A stretch of 64,000 nucleotides of DNA from Minisyncoccota bacterium (GTDB lineage Bacteria > Patescibacteriota > Minisyncoccia > Phycocordibacterales > UBA9973). Shown here piece by piece: positions 1 to 9,290 of this stretch (position 1 is the first letter of the stretch; every line of letters begins with the position of its first letter). The position numbers and the translations under genes are program-made. The DNA lies in NCBI GenBank assembly GCA_041664605.1, contig JBAYKO010000003.1:6858-70857 (forward strand). The letters run 5' to 3'. The notes below the pieces were generated by a model that was not told the origin of the DNA, ran no database searches, and saw only the letters and a program-made list of their open reading frames with translations.

Positions 1-517
1 TACCACTAATACATCTTTGAATTTGTAAAAATCCTAATTTTGAATTAAGAAAAGTTAGTAAAAATAATTTATCTTCGGCTTTTATTTCTTTATTTGTAAA
101 TTTTATACCAATATTATTTTCACTAATATTACACAAATGCCAATCTTCAGGCACAGAAGAAACAATACCAATTGTATTCCCAACCTTAGATAACACTAGA
201 TCAAAAGGTTTAAGTTGAGATTGTTTTAATCTGTTATTATCATCTTCCGAAATATAAGTTAAATTTTCATCGTTAATAAAAAAATCTTCCAAATCACTTA
301 TTCTTAAGAATGGAACACCGGTTTCTAAATATGCCTCACTTTTAAGAGAAGAGCCAAATGGTCCACTAACAATTTTACAGCCAAATTCTTCTAATGTACT
401 ATGTTGTTCGTTTTTTATACCTTGAAGTAACTTAAGATATTCAGGTTGATAGTATTCAGGATCTAATCGGTAAGCTCCTTCAATTTCTGATTTTTTGATT
501 ATGGAATAAGTGGTCAT
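1..517 (-). CDS. restriction-modification specificity (S) subunit, 5' part; runs off window
   Basis: Manually translated from ATG at 517: MTTYSIIKKSEIEGAYRLDPEYYQPEYLK...SGPFGSSLKSEAYLETGVPFLRISDL. RLDPEYY and GPFGS..L are typical HsdS/TRD motifs. ATGA overlap with the upstream ORF; downstream of an N6 methylase. Confidence 0.85.
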   Translation of the reverse strand, partial: MTTYSIIKKSEIEGAYRLDPEYYQPEYLKLLQGIKNEQHSTLEEFGCKIVSGPFGSSLKSEAYLETGVPFLRISDLEDFFINDENLTYISEDDNNRLKQSQLKPFDLVLSKVGNTIGIVSSVPEDWHLCNISENNIGIKFTNKEIKAEDKLFLLTFLNSKLGFLQIQRCISG

Positions 518-870
518 ATATAATCATTACCGCGATTATTTCTATTGTTTTCATATTGAGACGTTAGGTGTGCAGATTCAGATTTAGTAATAGTACTAAT
601 ATACACTCCAAACTTAACACGACTAACAGTAGAACTTTTAATTTCTTTGTTAATTTCTCCACCACCTTCAACAAATTGAAGCACTCGAATTCCTGCTTTG
701 CCTCCAGTTTTTGTGGTATCTTCAGCACTAACTGCAATATCAAATTCAACTGTTTGGTTACTATCTTTATGAGATAATAAATGCATATCACGACTAGATT
801 CTTTTCGCGTTTCTTCAACAGCATCAACTACATCTTTTATTACACTTTTCACAAATTCTTTTAATTCCAT
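514..870 (-). CDS. trypco2-like small protein
   Basis: MELKEFV...VEFDIAV...GGKAGIRVL...SRVKF pattern resembles trypsin-co-occurring domain 2; coupled to flanking genes. Confidence 0.55.
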   Translation of the reverse strand: MELKEFVKSVIKDVVDAVEETRKESSRDMHLLSHKDSNQTVEFDIAVSAEDTTKTGGKAGIRVLQFVEGGGEINKEIKSSTVSRVKFGVYISTITKSESAHLTSQYENNRNNRGNDYI

Positions 871-871
871 A

Positions 872-1363
872 TTATTTATTTAGTCCTAGTTTTAAAATTA
901 AAAATGATCCAAACAATAAGACCACTAATGGAAAAATAATGTATTTAACCCACCATATTTGGTACCAAGCTAGTTTGAAATTAGTATCAATGTTTTTTTG
1001 AAAACTATTTCCTAATGCTTTGGTATTTTCTCCCTCATCTTTTATTCCAATATCAAGATTTTCAAAAGTATTATTAATAAATTTATTATTTTTACCTTGA
1101 TTCAGTATCCCAATTGTTTTTTTATTTTCTATCTTATCTGTTTCAATTTTGTTAATTATTTTTCCACCATTAAAAGCATTCATTGTATTTCCTATCTGCG
1201 TTAAATTCTGTGTTGCGCTATGTTTAATAATTCCACCATCGACATTTTGTTTTGTATTTTGCATAAAAATTTTATCTCCATTAGTAATAATTGAATCCCC
1301 TTTTCTAGGATTCATCTCTATACCTTTATCGCCTATTGAAAAAATTGGTTTTTCTTCTTCCAT
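872..1363 (-). CDS. hypothetical protein with C-terminal transmembrane helix
   Basis: 163 aa ORF, Asn/Gly-rich body, hydrophobic C-terminus; 1-3 nt gaps to neighbours. Confidence 0.7.
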   Translation of the reverse strand: MEEEKPIFSIGDKGIEMNPRKGDSIITNGDKIFMQNTKQNVDGGIIKHSATQNLTQIGNTMNAFNGGKIINKIETDKIENKKTIGILNQGKNNKFINNTFENLDIGIKDEGENTKALGNSFQKNIDTNFKLAWYQIWWVKYIIFPLVVLLFGSFLILKLGLNK

Positions 1364-1366
1364 ATT

Positions 1367-3316
1367 TTAAAATTTAATTTTTTCTTTACTAATAAATTTC
1401 ACAAATTCTTCCGCGATATCGTCCAAATCGTGGTCAATTATTTTCTTGCCTTTTAAGTCATACATAACATTCCCATCTTTGTCTTTCCTGTAAATATAAT
1501 CCCCCGAATTATCTTTCCCGCCCTTTTTCGAAACTGCCATAAATATCGGATAATCTTCTAGTGGTTTTTCATTTTCTTCCCATTTTTGTAAAAACAAAAC
1601 GCTAGTTTTAACTCCAGTATGCGGTTTAAAAGTATTTCCATGAAGCCCAACCACTGACAAAATTCGTGCTTTATCAAAAAGAAATCTGCGAACATATTCG
1701 GCATTTGTATTGTTAAAAATTCCTTGAGGTAAAACTATTGCCATGCGTCCGCCCGGTTTTAGGAAACTCAAATTTCTTTCAATAAATAAAATATCACGAG
1801 TTACTTTGTTTTGATGTTTATTGGTTTTGTGAAAATCTTTGTCCCATTTAAAACCTAAATCATATTTGTTTAAAAGTGTGCCTTTTATTTCTCCGGCAAA
1901 AGGCGGATTGGTAAGAACGATATCAAAATTGAAATCATTCATTTTTTCTTGATTTCTTCTGTTTTCTTCGCCATCTTTTGGATGAGCTAAAAATTGCCTG
2001 AATCTATTTCTTGCATCTTCATTCCAAACTTCTGAATCTAAGGAGTTGGCGTAAGTGACATTGGTTTTTCCATCGCCAGCGATCAACATCATAGCTTTAC
2101 CGATTTTTACAGAACGAGGATCAAAATCTATACCAAAAAGATGTTTTTCGGCATATTCTTTTTGTTTCATTTTATATTCATTACCATATTTTTTCTCATT
2201 TATTTCATTTTCCCAAACATACTGCATCGCATGAAGTAAAAATCCGCAACTGCCTGAAGCGGTGTCAATAATCATATCTTTAGGACTTGGAGCAAGCATC
2301 TTTACTGCCATATCAATAACTGGTCTCGGAGTAAAATATTGTCCTTTTTGCCCTTTTGACTCTTGAACAATAAGATATTCAAAGGCTTCGTCTATAATCT
2401 GTAAATTTGAACCAAAAAGACGATATTTTTGCAAAAGAGAAACTGCTGGAATAATTACATTTTCTGGAATTTCTATTTCTTCATTTGGCTTAAAAACATC
2501 TCTCCATTCTTTTCTGGCTTCTTCAAAAAGACGTGAGATATTATTTAGATTTTCTTTATTTGTTTCCCCTGCTATTACTCGAAAACGTCTGTTTTCATTT
2601 CTTGGAGTTTCTAGTTCGTCATACAATTTCGCATAAATAAGTTTAAAAATTTCTTCAAAAGAATTCACCCCACTATTTGCCAGAACAACTTCTTCTAAGT
2701 CAGAAATAAGCTGTTTTAAATCAACAACTGTTTCTAAGTCATTATAAGTAAGTTTTTTAGAACGAACATCATCAACAGTTTCATTAAATTTTGGAATATC
2801 CGGTAAATCTTCAAAAAGATTCGGGTCTGTACGTAAAATATTATTTTGAATTTTTCCATCGGTCAAAACTAAAATCGGAGCACCTGTGGCATTAGCATAA
2901 CTTTTTAATTGACCAAGTCCATCTTTCACATCTGGCTTTTTGACTTCAACAATTAAGTAAGGAGTTTGCATATCTTCTCGGTAAATAACAATATCAGCTC
3001 TTTTAGCACTGATCTCACGACCAAATTGAACGTGAACTTCTACATCCATTCTATTTAAAGGATATTTGTAATGGTTTTTTAATTTGTAAATCATAAGCTG
3101 GCGGACTATTTCTTCTGGCTTACTTAGATTTTTTTCTTCATTAAAAATTAAAATATCTTTGTCTCTTTTTAAACATTTAACATAAAACTTACCTTTTTCT
3201 TTTTCAAAAATGTCTAGCACTTCATTTATATCTACATCATGAAAAACAGATAGACCAAAAATTGCATCTTGATTTTTAAAAACTTTATTTATTATTTTGT
3301 TAGTTGTTTCTTTCAT
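1367..3316 (-). CDS. fused restriction endonuclease (HsdR_N-like) / N6-adenine DNA methyltransferase
   Basis: N-terminal PEEIVRQ..RADIV..IVEVK..QLKSY nuclease motifs; GQYFTPR, DTASGSCGFL (motif I), NPPF (motif IV). Confidence 0.92.
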   Translation of the reverse strand: MKETTNKIINKVFKNQDAIFGLSVFHDVDINEVLDIFEKEKGKFYVKCLKRDKDILIFNEEKNLSKPEEIVRQLMIYKLKNHYKYPLNRMDVEVHVQFGREISAKRADIVIYREDMQTPYLIVEVKKPDVKDGLGQLKSYANATGAPILVLTDGKIQNNILRTDPNLFEDLPDIPKFNETVDDVRSKKLTYNDLETVVDLKQLISDLEEVVLANSGVNSFEEIFKLIYAKLYDELETPRNENRRFRVIAGETNKENLNNISRLFEEARKEWRDVFKPNEEIEIPENVIIPAVSLLQKYRLFGSNLQIIDEAFEYLIVQESKGQKGQYFTPRPVIDMAVKMLAPSPKDMIIDTASGSCGFLLHAMQYVWENEINEKKYGNEYKMKQKEYAEKHLFGIDFDPRSVKIGKAMMLIAGDGKTNVTYANSLDSEVWNEDARNRFRQFLAHPKDGEENRRNQEKMNDFNFDIVLTNPPFAGEIKGTLLNKYDLGFKWDKDFHKTNKHQNKVTRDILFIERNLSFLKPGGRMAIVLPQGIFNNTNAEYVRRFLFDKARILSVVGLHGNTFKPHTGVKTSVLFLQKWEENEKPLEDYPIFMAVSKKGGKDNSGDYIYRKDKDGNVMYDLKGKKIIDHDLDDIAEEFVKFISKEKIKF

Positions 3317-3952
3317 TTAATTTATTGTGCTTAAATTTAATATAACCTTTCCTTCGAAAACTATTTCTTCGGGAATTATTTTAATAATGTCATAGTTTGG
3401 GTTTTCCGGCTTTAAAAAAATTTTTGAACCTTCGACCATAAATCTTTTAACAGTTGTGCCGTCAGAATTCCTAGCCACAACAATATCTCCATTTTTAAAC
3501 GATTTACTTTTTTGAATTAAAAGTTTATCGCCATCATTTATGTTGGCATTAATCATTGAATCTCCATGAACTTGAACAATAAAAACATCTTCTGCTCTTT
3601 TTATTTTTTCTTCTGGAATAATTCCAGTTGGAACTTCCATCCATTTAAATTCAACATCTTGAAATGATTCTGTAAAAGGACCAGCCGAAGAAATCCCAAC
3701 CATTGGAAACATTTGTTTGCCTAAAATTTTAAAACCAAGTGGAGTTATTTTAATACTTCTAGCTGAACCCTCGCTTCTTTTGAGAGTTTGTGATTTTTCT
3801 AATTTTCCTAAAAGATCAATAATTGATTGATTGGAAGCAACTTTCAAATTTTCTCTCATTTCTTCAAAACTAGGTGGAAAGCCCGTGTTTTTAATAAAAT
3901 CATAAATAATTTGGAGAAGTTCTTTTTGCCTTGTGGTTATAGATAATTTCAT
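3317..3952 (-). CDS. lexA: LexA family repressor
   Basis: N-terminal wHTH (TTRQKELL..GFPPSFEEM), Ala-Gly cleavage site (SAGP), GDSM serine and TVKR lysine of the S24 peptidase. Confidence 0.88.
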   Translation of the reverse strand: MKLSITTRQKELLQIIYDFIKNTGFPPSFEEMRENLKVASNQSIIDLLGKLEKSQTLKRSEGSARSIKITPLGFKILGKQMFPMVGISSAGPFTESFQDVEFKWMEVPTGIIPEEKIKRAEDVFIVQVHGDSMINANINDGDKLLIQKSKSFKNGDIVVARNSDGTTVKRFMVEGSKIFLKPENPNYDIIKIIPEEIVFEGKVILNLSTIN

Positions 3953-3960
3953 ACATTATC

Positions 3961-3990
3961 ATTATACCCGACCATATAGTCAGTTTGCAA
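3961..3990 (-). promoter_or_regulatory. sigma70 promoter of the lexA-RM operon, with an imperfect palindrome in the spacer
   Basis: TTGCAA-18-TATAAT, 8 nt before the ATG; spacer contains CTGAC-N6-GTCGG. Confidence 0.55.
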
Positions 3991-4058
3991 ACAAAACTGT
4001 GGAAAACCCAATAATTGTGTGTATCACAAGTTACTAAACTAAATAGCTTTTTGGTAAG

Positions 4059-4096
4059 TAGTCTAAAAACCACCCTTAAGGGTGGTTTTTAGACTA
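4059..4096. terminator. perfect 38-bp palindrome, likely terminator of the SWIB gene
   Basis: tagtctaaaaaccacccttaagggtggtttttagacta, just after the SWIB stop codon. Confidence 0.7.
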
Positions 4097-4113
4097 AATC
4101 TATGTTTTTAAAT

Positions 4114-4377
4114 TTATGAAAGATGTTTTGAAACAAGTTTTGTCATTTCAAACATATCTACTACTGACTTACCACCAAAAACTTTTTTTAAGTTTTCGTC
4201 AGCAACTATATTTCTCTTATTTTTAGGGTCTTGAAGATTATGCTTCTTGATATATACCCAAAGAGCCTTGACCACCTCGGAACGAGGCATTGGACCCTTA
4301 CCCACAACTGCTGATAAATCAGCACTAATCGTTAAAGGCTTCATAAAACCAGAGTTTGCTTTTTTTGTTGTTACCAT
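4114..4377 (-). CDS. SWIB/MDM2 domain protein
   Basis: LSAVVG..PRSEVVKALWVYIKKHNLQDPKNKRNIVADENLKKVF..MFEMTKLVSKHL is the SWIB signature. Confidence 0.92.
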   Translation of the reverse strand: MVTTKKANSGFMKPLTISADLSAVVGKGPMPRSEVVKALWVYIKKHNLQDPKNKRNIVADENLKKVFGGKSVVDMFEMTKLVSKHLS

Positions 4378-4510
4378 AAAATAAAATTAGTTTCTAGTAA
4401 CTAGGTTCTCCCGCCTTTGGACGGGACAGGTAGTTTCTAGTGAAAAGAAACTTTTATAATAATATTAATAATTTATAATTACTATTATACTACAAAAACA
4501 AAGTTATATA

Positions 4511-4543
4511 CAGAAGGGGGGCGGAGGCAACGCCTCCGCCCCC
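4511..4543. repeat. GC-rich REP-like palindrome, copy 1
   Basis: cagaaggggggcggaggcaacgcctccgccccc; inverted copy at 5808-5842. Confidence 0.8.
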
Positions 4544-4585
4544 ATTTTTTTATTTAAGCATTTGGGTTACTTTTGTGGGCATAAA

Positions 4586-5650
4586 TTATATTTTCTTATA
4601 CCTTGTAGCACGGCCTTGCCCAATACGCTTAATTTTGTTTAAGCGGAGTAATTTTTCTATTGATTGATTGACAGTAGGACGACCAACGTCAGTATATTTT
4701 ACAATATCCCCAGCACTAGCATCTTCCACACTTCCGATATAATTCCAAACTTCCAATTGTTTCTGAGATAAAATATCCTCTAAATGTTCAGTCTCAAGAA
4801 GTGCAATAGCTCTTATACTTTGTTCCTCAACAACACTCAAAAAGAATAGAAGCCATGCTTCGATTGATTGATTTTTTGTTTTAAATGTCCCCTGACTTTG
4901 ACGTAAGGTAGTGTAATATTCTTCTTTTCGTTTTTCAATAATTTGTTCATGCGAAACATACGGCATATATAAATAGCCAGCACGAAGTAAGAGAATATTT
5001 GTCAAAATACGAGAAAGACGACCATTTCCATCTTTAAATGGATGAATTTTTAAAAATTCTACTAAAAAATTACCAATGACAAGTAAGGGGTGTATTTCTT
5101 TCTTTTCTAATTCAGAATATGTCCATTCAACAATTTCAGTCATTTCTTTTTGAGTAAGCCAAGCTTGTGTAGTTTCAAAAATAATCTGCCCTATTTCTCC
5201 ATTTTCTTTTTGAATCGCAACAGCATTTTCTTCTTGTTTGTATTTACCAGAATGTAATTTGTCTTTTTCTGAATACTTCAACATTGCTTTATGTAAGTGT
5301 TGTATTACACCTTCACGAAGTGGTAACGTTTCAAAACTATCAAAAATATTTGATAGTAATTCAAGATACCCTTTCACTTCTTGTACATCTCTATCTCGAA
5401 ATTTTGTTGTTGAGAGACCACGCATAACTCTTTCTACTTCTTCATCCGACAATTGTGAGCCTTCTATACGAGTAGAAGCCCCTGAGGAAGTGATAAGTAC
5501 TGAATGATGAAGAGTTGTTAGAATAGACGGGGTAAGTTTACTTCCAAAACTCCATTTACCTTTAATCTCATCTATACGAGCAATAAACTCCCAAACTTTT
5601 CCGTCGAGTTTTATTAAACGCTTATTAAATTGGTTGTTATTTTTATCCAT
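4586..5650 (-). CDS. Fic family protein (AMPylase fold) with C-terminal wHTH
   Basis: Canonical HPFKDGNGRLSR motif; STRIEGS inhibitory-helix motif. Confidence 0.93.
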   Translation of the reverse strand: MDKNNNQFNKRLIKLDGKVWEFIARIDEIKGKWSFGSKLTPSILTTLHHSVLITSSGASTRIEGSQLSDEEVERVMRGLSTTKFRDRDVQEVKGYLELLSNIFDSFETLPLREGVIQHLHKAMLKYSEKDKLHSGKYKQEENAVAIQKENGEIGQIIFETTQAWLTQKEMTEIVEWTYSELEKKEIHPLLVIGNFLVEFLKIHPFKDGNGRLSRILTNILLLRAGYLYMPYVSHEQIIEKRKEEYYTTLRQSQGTFKTKNQSIEAWLLFFLSVVEEQSIRAIALLETEHLEDILSQKQLEVWNYIGSVEDASAGDIVKYTDVGRPTVNQSIEKLLRLNKIKRIGQGRATRYKKI

Positions 5651-5807
5651 AATCTTATATATTTGATATATTAGATTATATATGATTATATTAGAAAATG
5701 CAAGTTTAGCGTGAATTTTGACTATTTTTAGCCAAAATTCACGCTATTTTATAATATTTTCTTCAAATTATCCTTTATTTTCTTCTCTAATTTGGCAGAC
5801 TCATTAA

Positions 5808-5842
5808 GGGGGGCGGAGGCGTTGCCTCCGCCCCCCTTTCTG
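5808..5842. repeat. GC-rich REP-like palindrome, copy 2 (inverted)
   Basis: Reverse complement of 4511-4543 apart from homopolymer length. Confidence 0.8.
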
Positions 5843-5989
5843 TGCCTTCCACAAGCTAAAAATCTCCCGAAGGGGAGATTTTCTTGTATTTTGTGGTCAC
5901 GAATATTTTTTTGTCGTCACAAAAAAATTTCTCGACCCCGGCTCGGCTTTTTGTCTACTGACAAAATATGCCTGTGCCTTCCACAAACT

Positions 5990-6018
5990 AAAAAATCCCC
6001 AGCAGTGGGGATTTTTTT
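5990..6018. terminator. hairpin terminator, probably the original tRNA-Ala terminator displaced by the element
   Basis: aaaaaatcccc-agcagt-ggggattttttt immediately outside the left att core. Confidence 0.65.
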
Positions 6019-6389
6019 ACGTTTGTGGACCTTATTGGATTAAACTGGAACCAAGTAGTTGCCGAATTGTATCAATGGCACCTAGTAATGGAGGCAGTTA
6101 AGCCATATAAAGCACTTTAAAAGGTTTGATAATAGTAACTATCGCTATATGGTTCCCTTATCGTGTCACTGGGAGCTTACATTGATCGTTACCGGCTATT
6201 ATAGACCTTATATGCAGAATGAGCTAGTAATGTACAATACTCCGCTAAGCATAATTTATTTTATTCTGGAATTTCCAGACTGCATTCATATAAGTAACAA
6301 GTGCCGTAAGCTCGTCTCGGGCACGGGCTTTGTCTACTGGATGGCCGAATTCTTCTAGATATACAGCCATATATTTTTCTATCTGTTCT

Positions 6390-7112
6390 TCACTTATTTG
6401 CATATTCTATAAAAGACGGGAGTGTTTTATATTTTCCAAAGTTTTCACCAGTATTTGCATTAGTACCGGAAAGATACATACTAGTAATTGTATTAAAAAC
6501 TTCAAAAACATCATCAGAATCTTCGAAGTTTCCGCCAAAATTTGCACCAGGTTGCATATCGGTAACAAACATACATGCATCCCAAGGATTTTTACCTAAA
6601 AGTCCAGCAGCTGCCCAAGAATAAATTAATTCTGATAACATCTCATACCAGATATAATAACGCTCTATTTTTTCAAGATCAGAATCGCTTCCACTAATAG
6701 CACTTTCTATCATTTTAGAGTAATTTGAAAAGCGTATGTCTGTATTGTATTTATTTGTTGTTGATCTAATAGGGATGTTTTCAAGTAATAAAGCGTCTAA
6801 ATCAGGGAGTATTTTTTCTACTTGTATTTTTCTCTTTATCTCAACTAACCAATTGAACGCTATATTATAATCAGAAAATCCACTACTATCATATTTTATC
6901 CCTAATTTAAAATCCTCTTTACCTTGTAAAGTAAAAGAATTCAAGATAAATGGCCAGGATGCTTGTAGCGTATATAAATCATAAAACATATTTCTGACTA
7001 CCTTGCTGGAATATTCTTCTCTAGAATACTTTTTACGCCACTCCAAAAGAACGCTGTATAGTTTAGATAAAATTTCATCTTGCAATAATAAGGTTTCATT
7101 TTTATTTTCCAT
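6390..7112 (-). CDS. hypothetical protein (element cargo)
   Basis: 240 aa ORF, 8 nt from the upstream gene; no motif recognised. Confidence 0.7.
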   Translation of the reverse strand: MENKNETLLLQDEILSKLYSVLLEWRKKYSREEYSSKVVRNMFYDLYTLQASWPFILNSFTLQGKEDFKLGIKYDSSGFSDYNIAFNWLVEIKRKIQVEKILPDLDALLLENIPIRSTTNKYNTDIRFSNYSKMIESAISGSDSDLEKIERYYIWYEMLSELIYSWAAAGLLGKNPWDACMFVTDMQPGANFGGNFEDSDDVFEVFNTITSMYLSGTNANTGENFGKYKTLPSFIEYANK

Positions 7113-7120
7113 ATAAGATA

Positions 7121-8023
7121 TTATTTATTACTTCTTACAAGCAGGGCTCGAATACCTACTAATGTTCGTTCCGGTATAATAAAGGAACCGAGAAAGCTAC
7201 TTTTATCCTGATTGTCGTCTATATATCCTCCTCCTGAGACCATCCTCCCGCTCAGTCCTTGCCGGCTGATCATTCTTTCTACTATCTTTTCCGCCCCTTG
7301 ATTTGGAGTAGCAACGCCAACATAGTTCTGCGTTGAAAATCCTATCAATTTGTAAGCTGACAGGTTTTTCAAAAAAGTGTTGTATTCTATTTTGAATTTC
7401 CTCACATCATCACTTTCGCTAGCATTGCCAAATCCGATAAGATATGAGGGGTCATACATTACCCATCGGTACTTGGACGAGTTTTCTGCTAGAGCACAGA
7501 TATTGCCTGTATTTTCATATAGAGTGTTCGTTTTAGTGGTAAAGTCTGTTCTTAAATCATTAAGCACTTTCTTTTCTCCTAAGCCATTTAGTGTTTTAGC
7601 TGTGGCACAAAATGTCTTAAAAGACACTAATGTAGGGCTGGCTAGGAATGTGTCTATGGTTGCGATTGATTGACTATAGTCAGCTTTAGGGAATCCACCA
7701 GGTTGTCTACCAATAGAAGTCTCTTGGGATAGAGAGATACTAAAATCAACTAGTGGATTAAAAACAGGAGAAGGATTACCAGTGACAGAAGCAGGTTTAT
7801 TTTGACCCTCTGATTTTTCCTTTAATTCTATAACCTGTTTTTTCAGATCTTTGATTTCTTTATCGTTCGTAGCTGTAGGGACAGGAGTAGAGATTTGAAC
7901 TGTCGGTGTCTCTACCGCCTTTTTATGAAACCACGAAAATGGGTTCCACCATGAGGCTAGGGCAACAGATGGGATGATTAGAAAACTCAAAACAATTATT
8001 ATTGGAAGTTGTATTTTTTTCAT
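7121..8023 (-). CDS. secreted protein with CPR-type WWNPFSW N-terminal motif and coiled coil
   Basis: Signal peptide ending VALA-SWWNPFSW, Pro/Thr linker, short coiled coil. Confidence 0.75.
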   Translation of the reverse strand: MKKIQLPIIIVLSFLIIPSVALASWWNPFSWFHKKAVETPTVQISTPVPTATNDKEIKDLKKQVIELKEKSEGQNKPASVTGNPSPVFNPLVDFSISLSQETSIGRQPGGFPKADYSQSIATIDTFLASPTLVSFKTFCATAKTLNGLGEKKVLNDLRTDFTTKTNTLYENTGNICALAENSSKYRWVMYDPSYLIGFGNASESDDVRKFKIEYNTFLKNLSAYKLIGFSTQNYVGVATPNQGAEKIVERMISRQGLSGRMVSGGGYIDDNQDKSSFLGSFIIPERTLVGIRALLVRSNK

Positions 8024-8069
8024 GGTGATATCTTCTGTTGATCAGTGATAAGTCCCATGAGTAGGCAAC

Positions 8070-8200
8070 AAAAAACCCGCAACATAGGTAGAGACCGAAA
8101 TCTCTCGTGCAGTTTCCCACACGGCGTATAAGGCGACCCTATATTACGGGGTTGTTTATGCCTTATACGACTCACTTTCACCATGTCGGCACAAGACCGA
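8070..8200 (-). ncRNA. candidate structured cis-regulatory RNA in the 5' leader of 7121..8023
   Basis: 13-bp closing stem (8138-8150 with 8076-8088) enclosing GAAA and TTCG tetraloop hairpins, plus a 10-bp pairing between 8160-8169 and 8125-8134. Confidence 0.5.
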
Positions 8201-8261
8201 TTTAGGCTACTGCTTTTATTAACTTGTATGATTATATTACCAAATAAGGACCAAAATAAAA

Positions 8262-8300
8262 AGGGGTTAGTAATTACCGTAATGGTAACCACTAACCCCT
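8262..8300. terminator. hairpin ending the ArdC-like operon
   Basis: aggggttagt...actaacccct, followed by a T run on the minus strand. Confidence 0.6.
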
Positions 8301-8304
8301 TCTA

Positions 8305-8538
8305 TTACGACCACTTTCCCATTGAATACTGATACAAGGCAAAATCCGCATCATGAAATGTGAGGTCGTCCAACTCCATGAGCCTGAGCTCTCGTTCGTT
8401 TCCTTCGAGATTTTGGTAGATAAGGGTGATTAATTCCTTCTTTTGCTTAGGAGATATCATTTGGACCTCTGGCGGATATTTCAGCGGAAAGTAGCTCCGT
8501 GCCGAATCGCCACAGCCGACAGTAATTGTGTTTGTCAT
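8305..8538 (-). CDS. small hypothetical protein (SPKQ...LT..DA helical motif)
   Basis: 77 aa ORF; motif resembles the C-terminal domain of 8560..9111. Confidence 0.55.
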   Translation of the reverse strand: MTNTITVGCGDSARSYFPLKYPPEVQMISPKQKKELITLIYQNLEGNERELRLMELDDLTFHDADFALYQYSMGKWS

Positions 8539-8559
8539 AGATATGTAGTTGGTTGATAA

Positions 8560-9111
8560 TTACTTCTTCACAAAGGACTGGATTTTTTCAGATGCTTCGT
8601 CCTTGGTCAGCATGTTGATCTGTGATTCCCAATATTTTCTCTTTTGTTCATCGACCACATTTACTTTGATGAGCTTCTGCAGGTACGACTTCTGGGCATC
8701 GGTGGCAGGTTCAGTGGCACGATCCGCCTCTTTGACTGGAATGTCGACATCTTTCTGCTCGTTTGGCTGGAGGTATAGGGCATCGAGCATTTTAGTGGAT
8801 CTTACTATTGCATCCACTATTGAGGCACAGTAGGCATAGCGAGTACTGCGTTCTATGTACTTGTTCAGTCTGTTCAATACGGCACTGCCTCTGCCAATTC
8901 CTAGAGTCTCAGTACCTCTTTTGAGGGTGCAGATAAAGGCAACGAAGTTAGGGACATGTTTGAATTGAGCAACTGTAGCAGTGTCTTCCTCGACTTGGAC
9001 CGTCAGATTGAATGTACCGATGTTCTTTTCTACTTCCTCCTGTATAGGGCTCAGACGGACCTGTTTTGCCCTATATGGTGATGTTATGTGCGGTTTGTAT
9101 GTGTCGTTCAT
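8560..9111 (-). CDS. hypothetical protein, possibly Rad52/Sak-like single-strand annealing fold
   Basis: Beta-strand core ending GIGRG..YAYCASIVDAIVR; C-terminal ATDAQKSYL..LTKDEASEKI tail typical of phage SSAPs (weak). Confidence 0.45.
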   Translation of the reverse strand: MNDTYKPHITSPYRAKQVRLSPIQEEVEKNIGTFNLTVQVEEDTATVAQFKHVPNFVAFICTLKRGTETLGIGRGSAVLNRLNKYIERSTRYAYCASIVDAIVRSTKMLDALYLQPNEQKDVDIPVKEADRATEPATDAQKSYLQKLIKVNVVDEQKRKYWESQINMLTKDEASEKIQSFVKK

Positions 9112-9290
9112 ATGGTTTTGGTTACTTTAGTGATAATAATTTGATTTGACAGGTATTCGATCACTGCTTTGTCGGAAACAGAGAATCCGGCATTCTTTAG
9201 AAAGTTATTTGATATGACAATCTTTGGTAAGACAGTATCCGTATACTTTCTGGGGTGATTCATGTAACCAATTTGGATTTCTCTTTTCAT
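9108..9290 (-). CDS. SymE/AbrB-like small protein
   Basis: PKIVISNNFLKNAGFSVSDKAVIEY..QIII matches the SymE pattern; 4-nt overlaps on both sides. Confidence 0.55.
   Translation of the reverse strand: MKREIQIGYMNHPRKYTDTVLPKIVISNNFLKNAGFSVSDKAVIEYLSNQIIITKVTKTI

Noticed and set aside
4114-4377. SWIB domain as a eukaryotic gene transfer
   Set aside because: Stand-alone SWIB proteins are already known in many bacteria; composition matches the host.
5792-6043. 83-aa ORF
   Set aside because: Made entirely of palindromes and duplicated terminators and crosses the att site; TTG start; spurious.
8020-8292. 90-aa ORF upstream of the secreted protein
   Set aside because: Spans a terminator, a promoter and the structured leader, so better explained as non-coding; an Ash-like leader peptide cannot be fully excluded.
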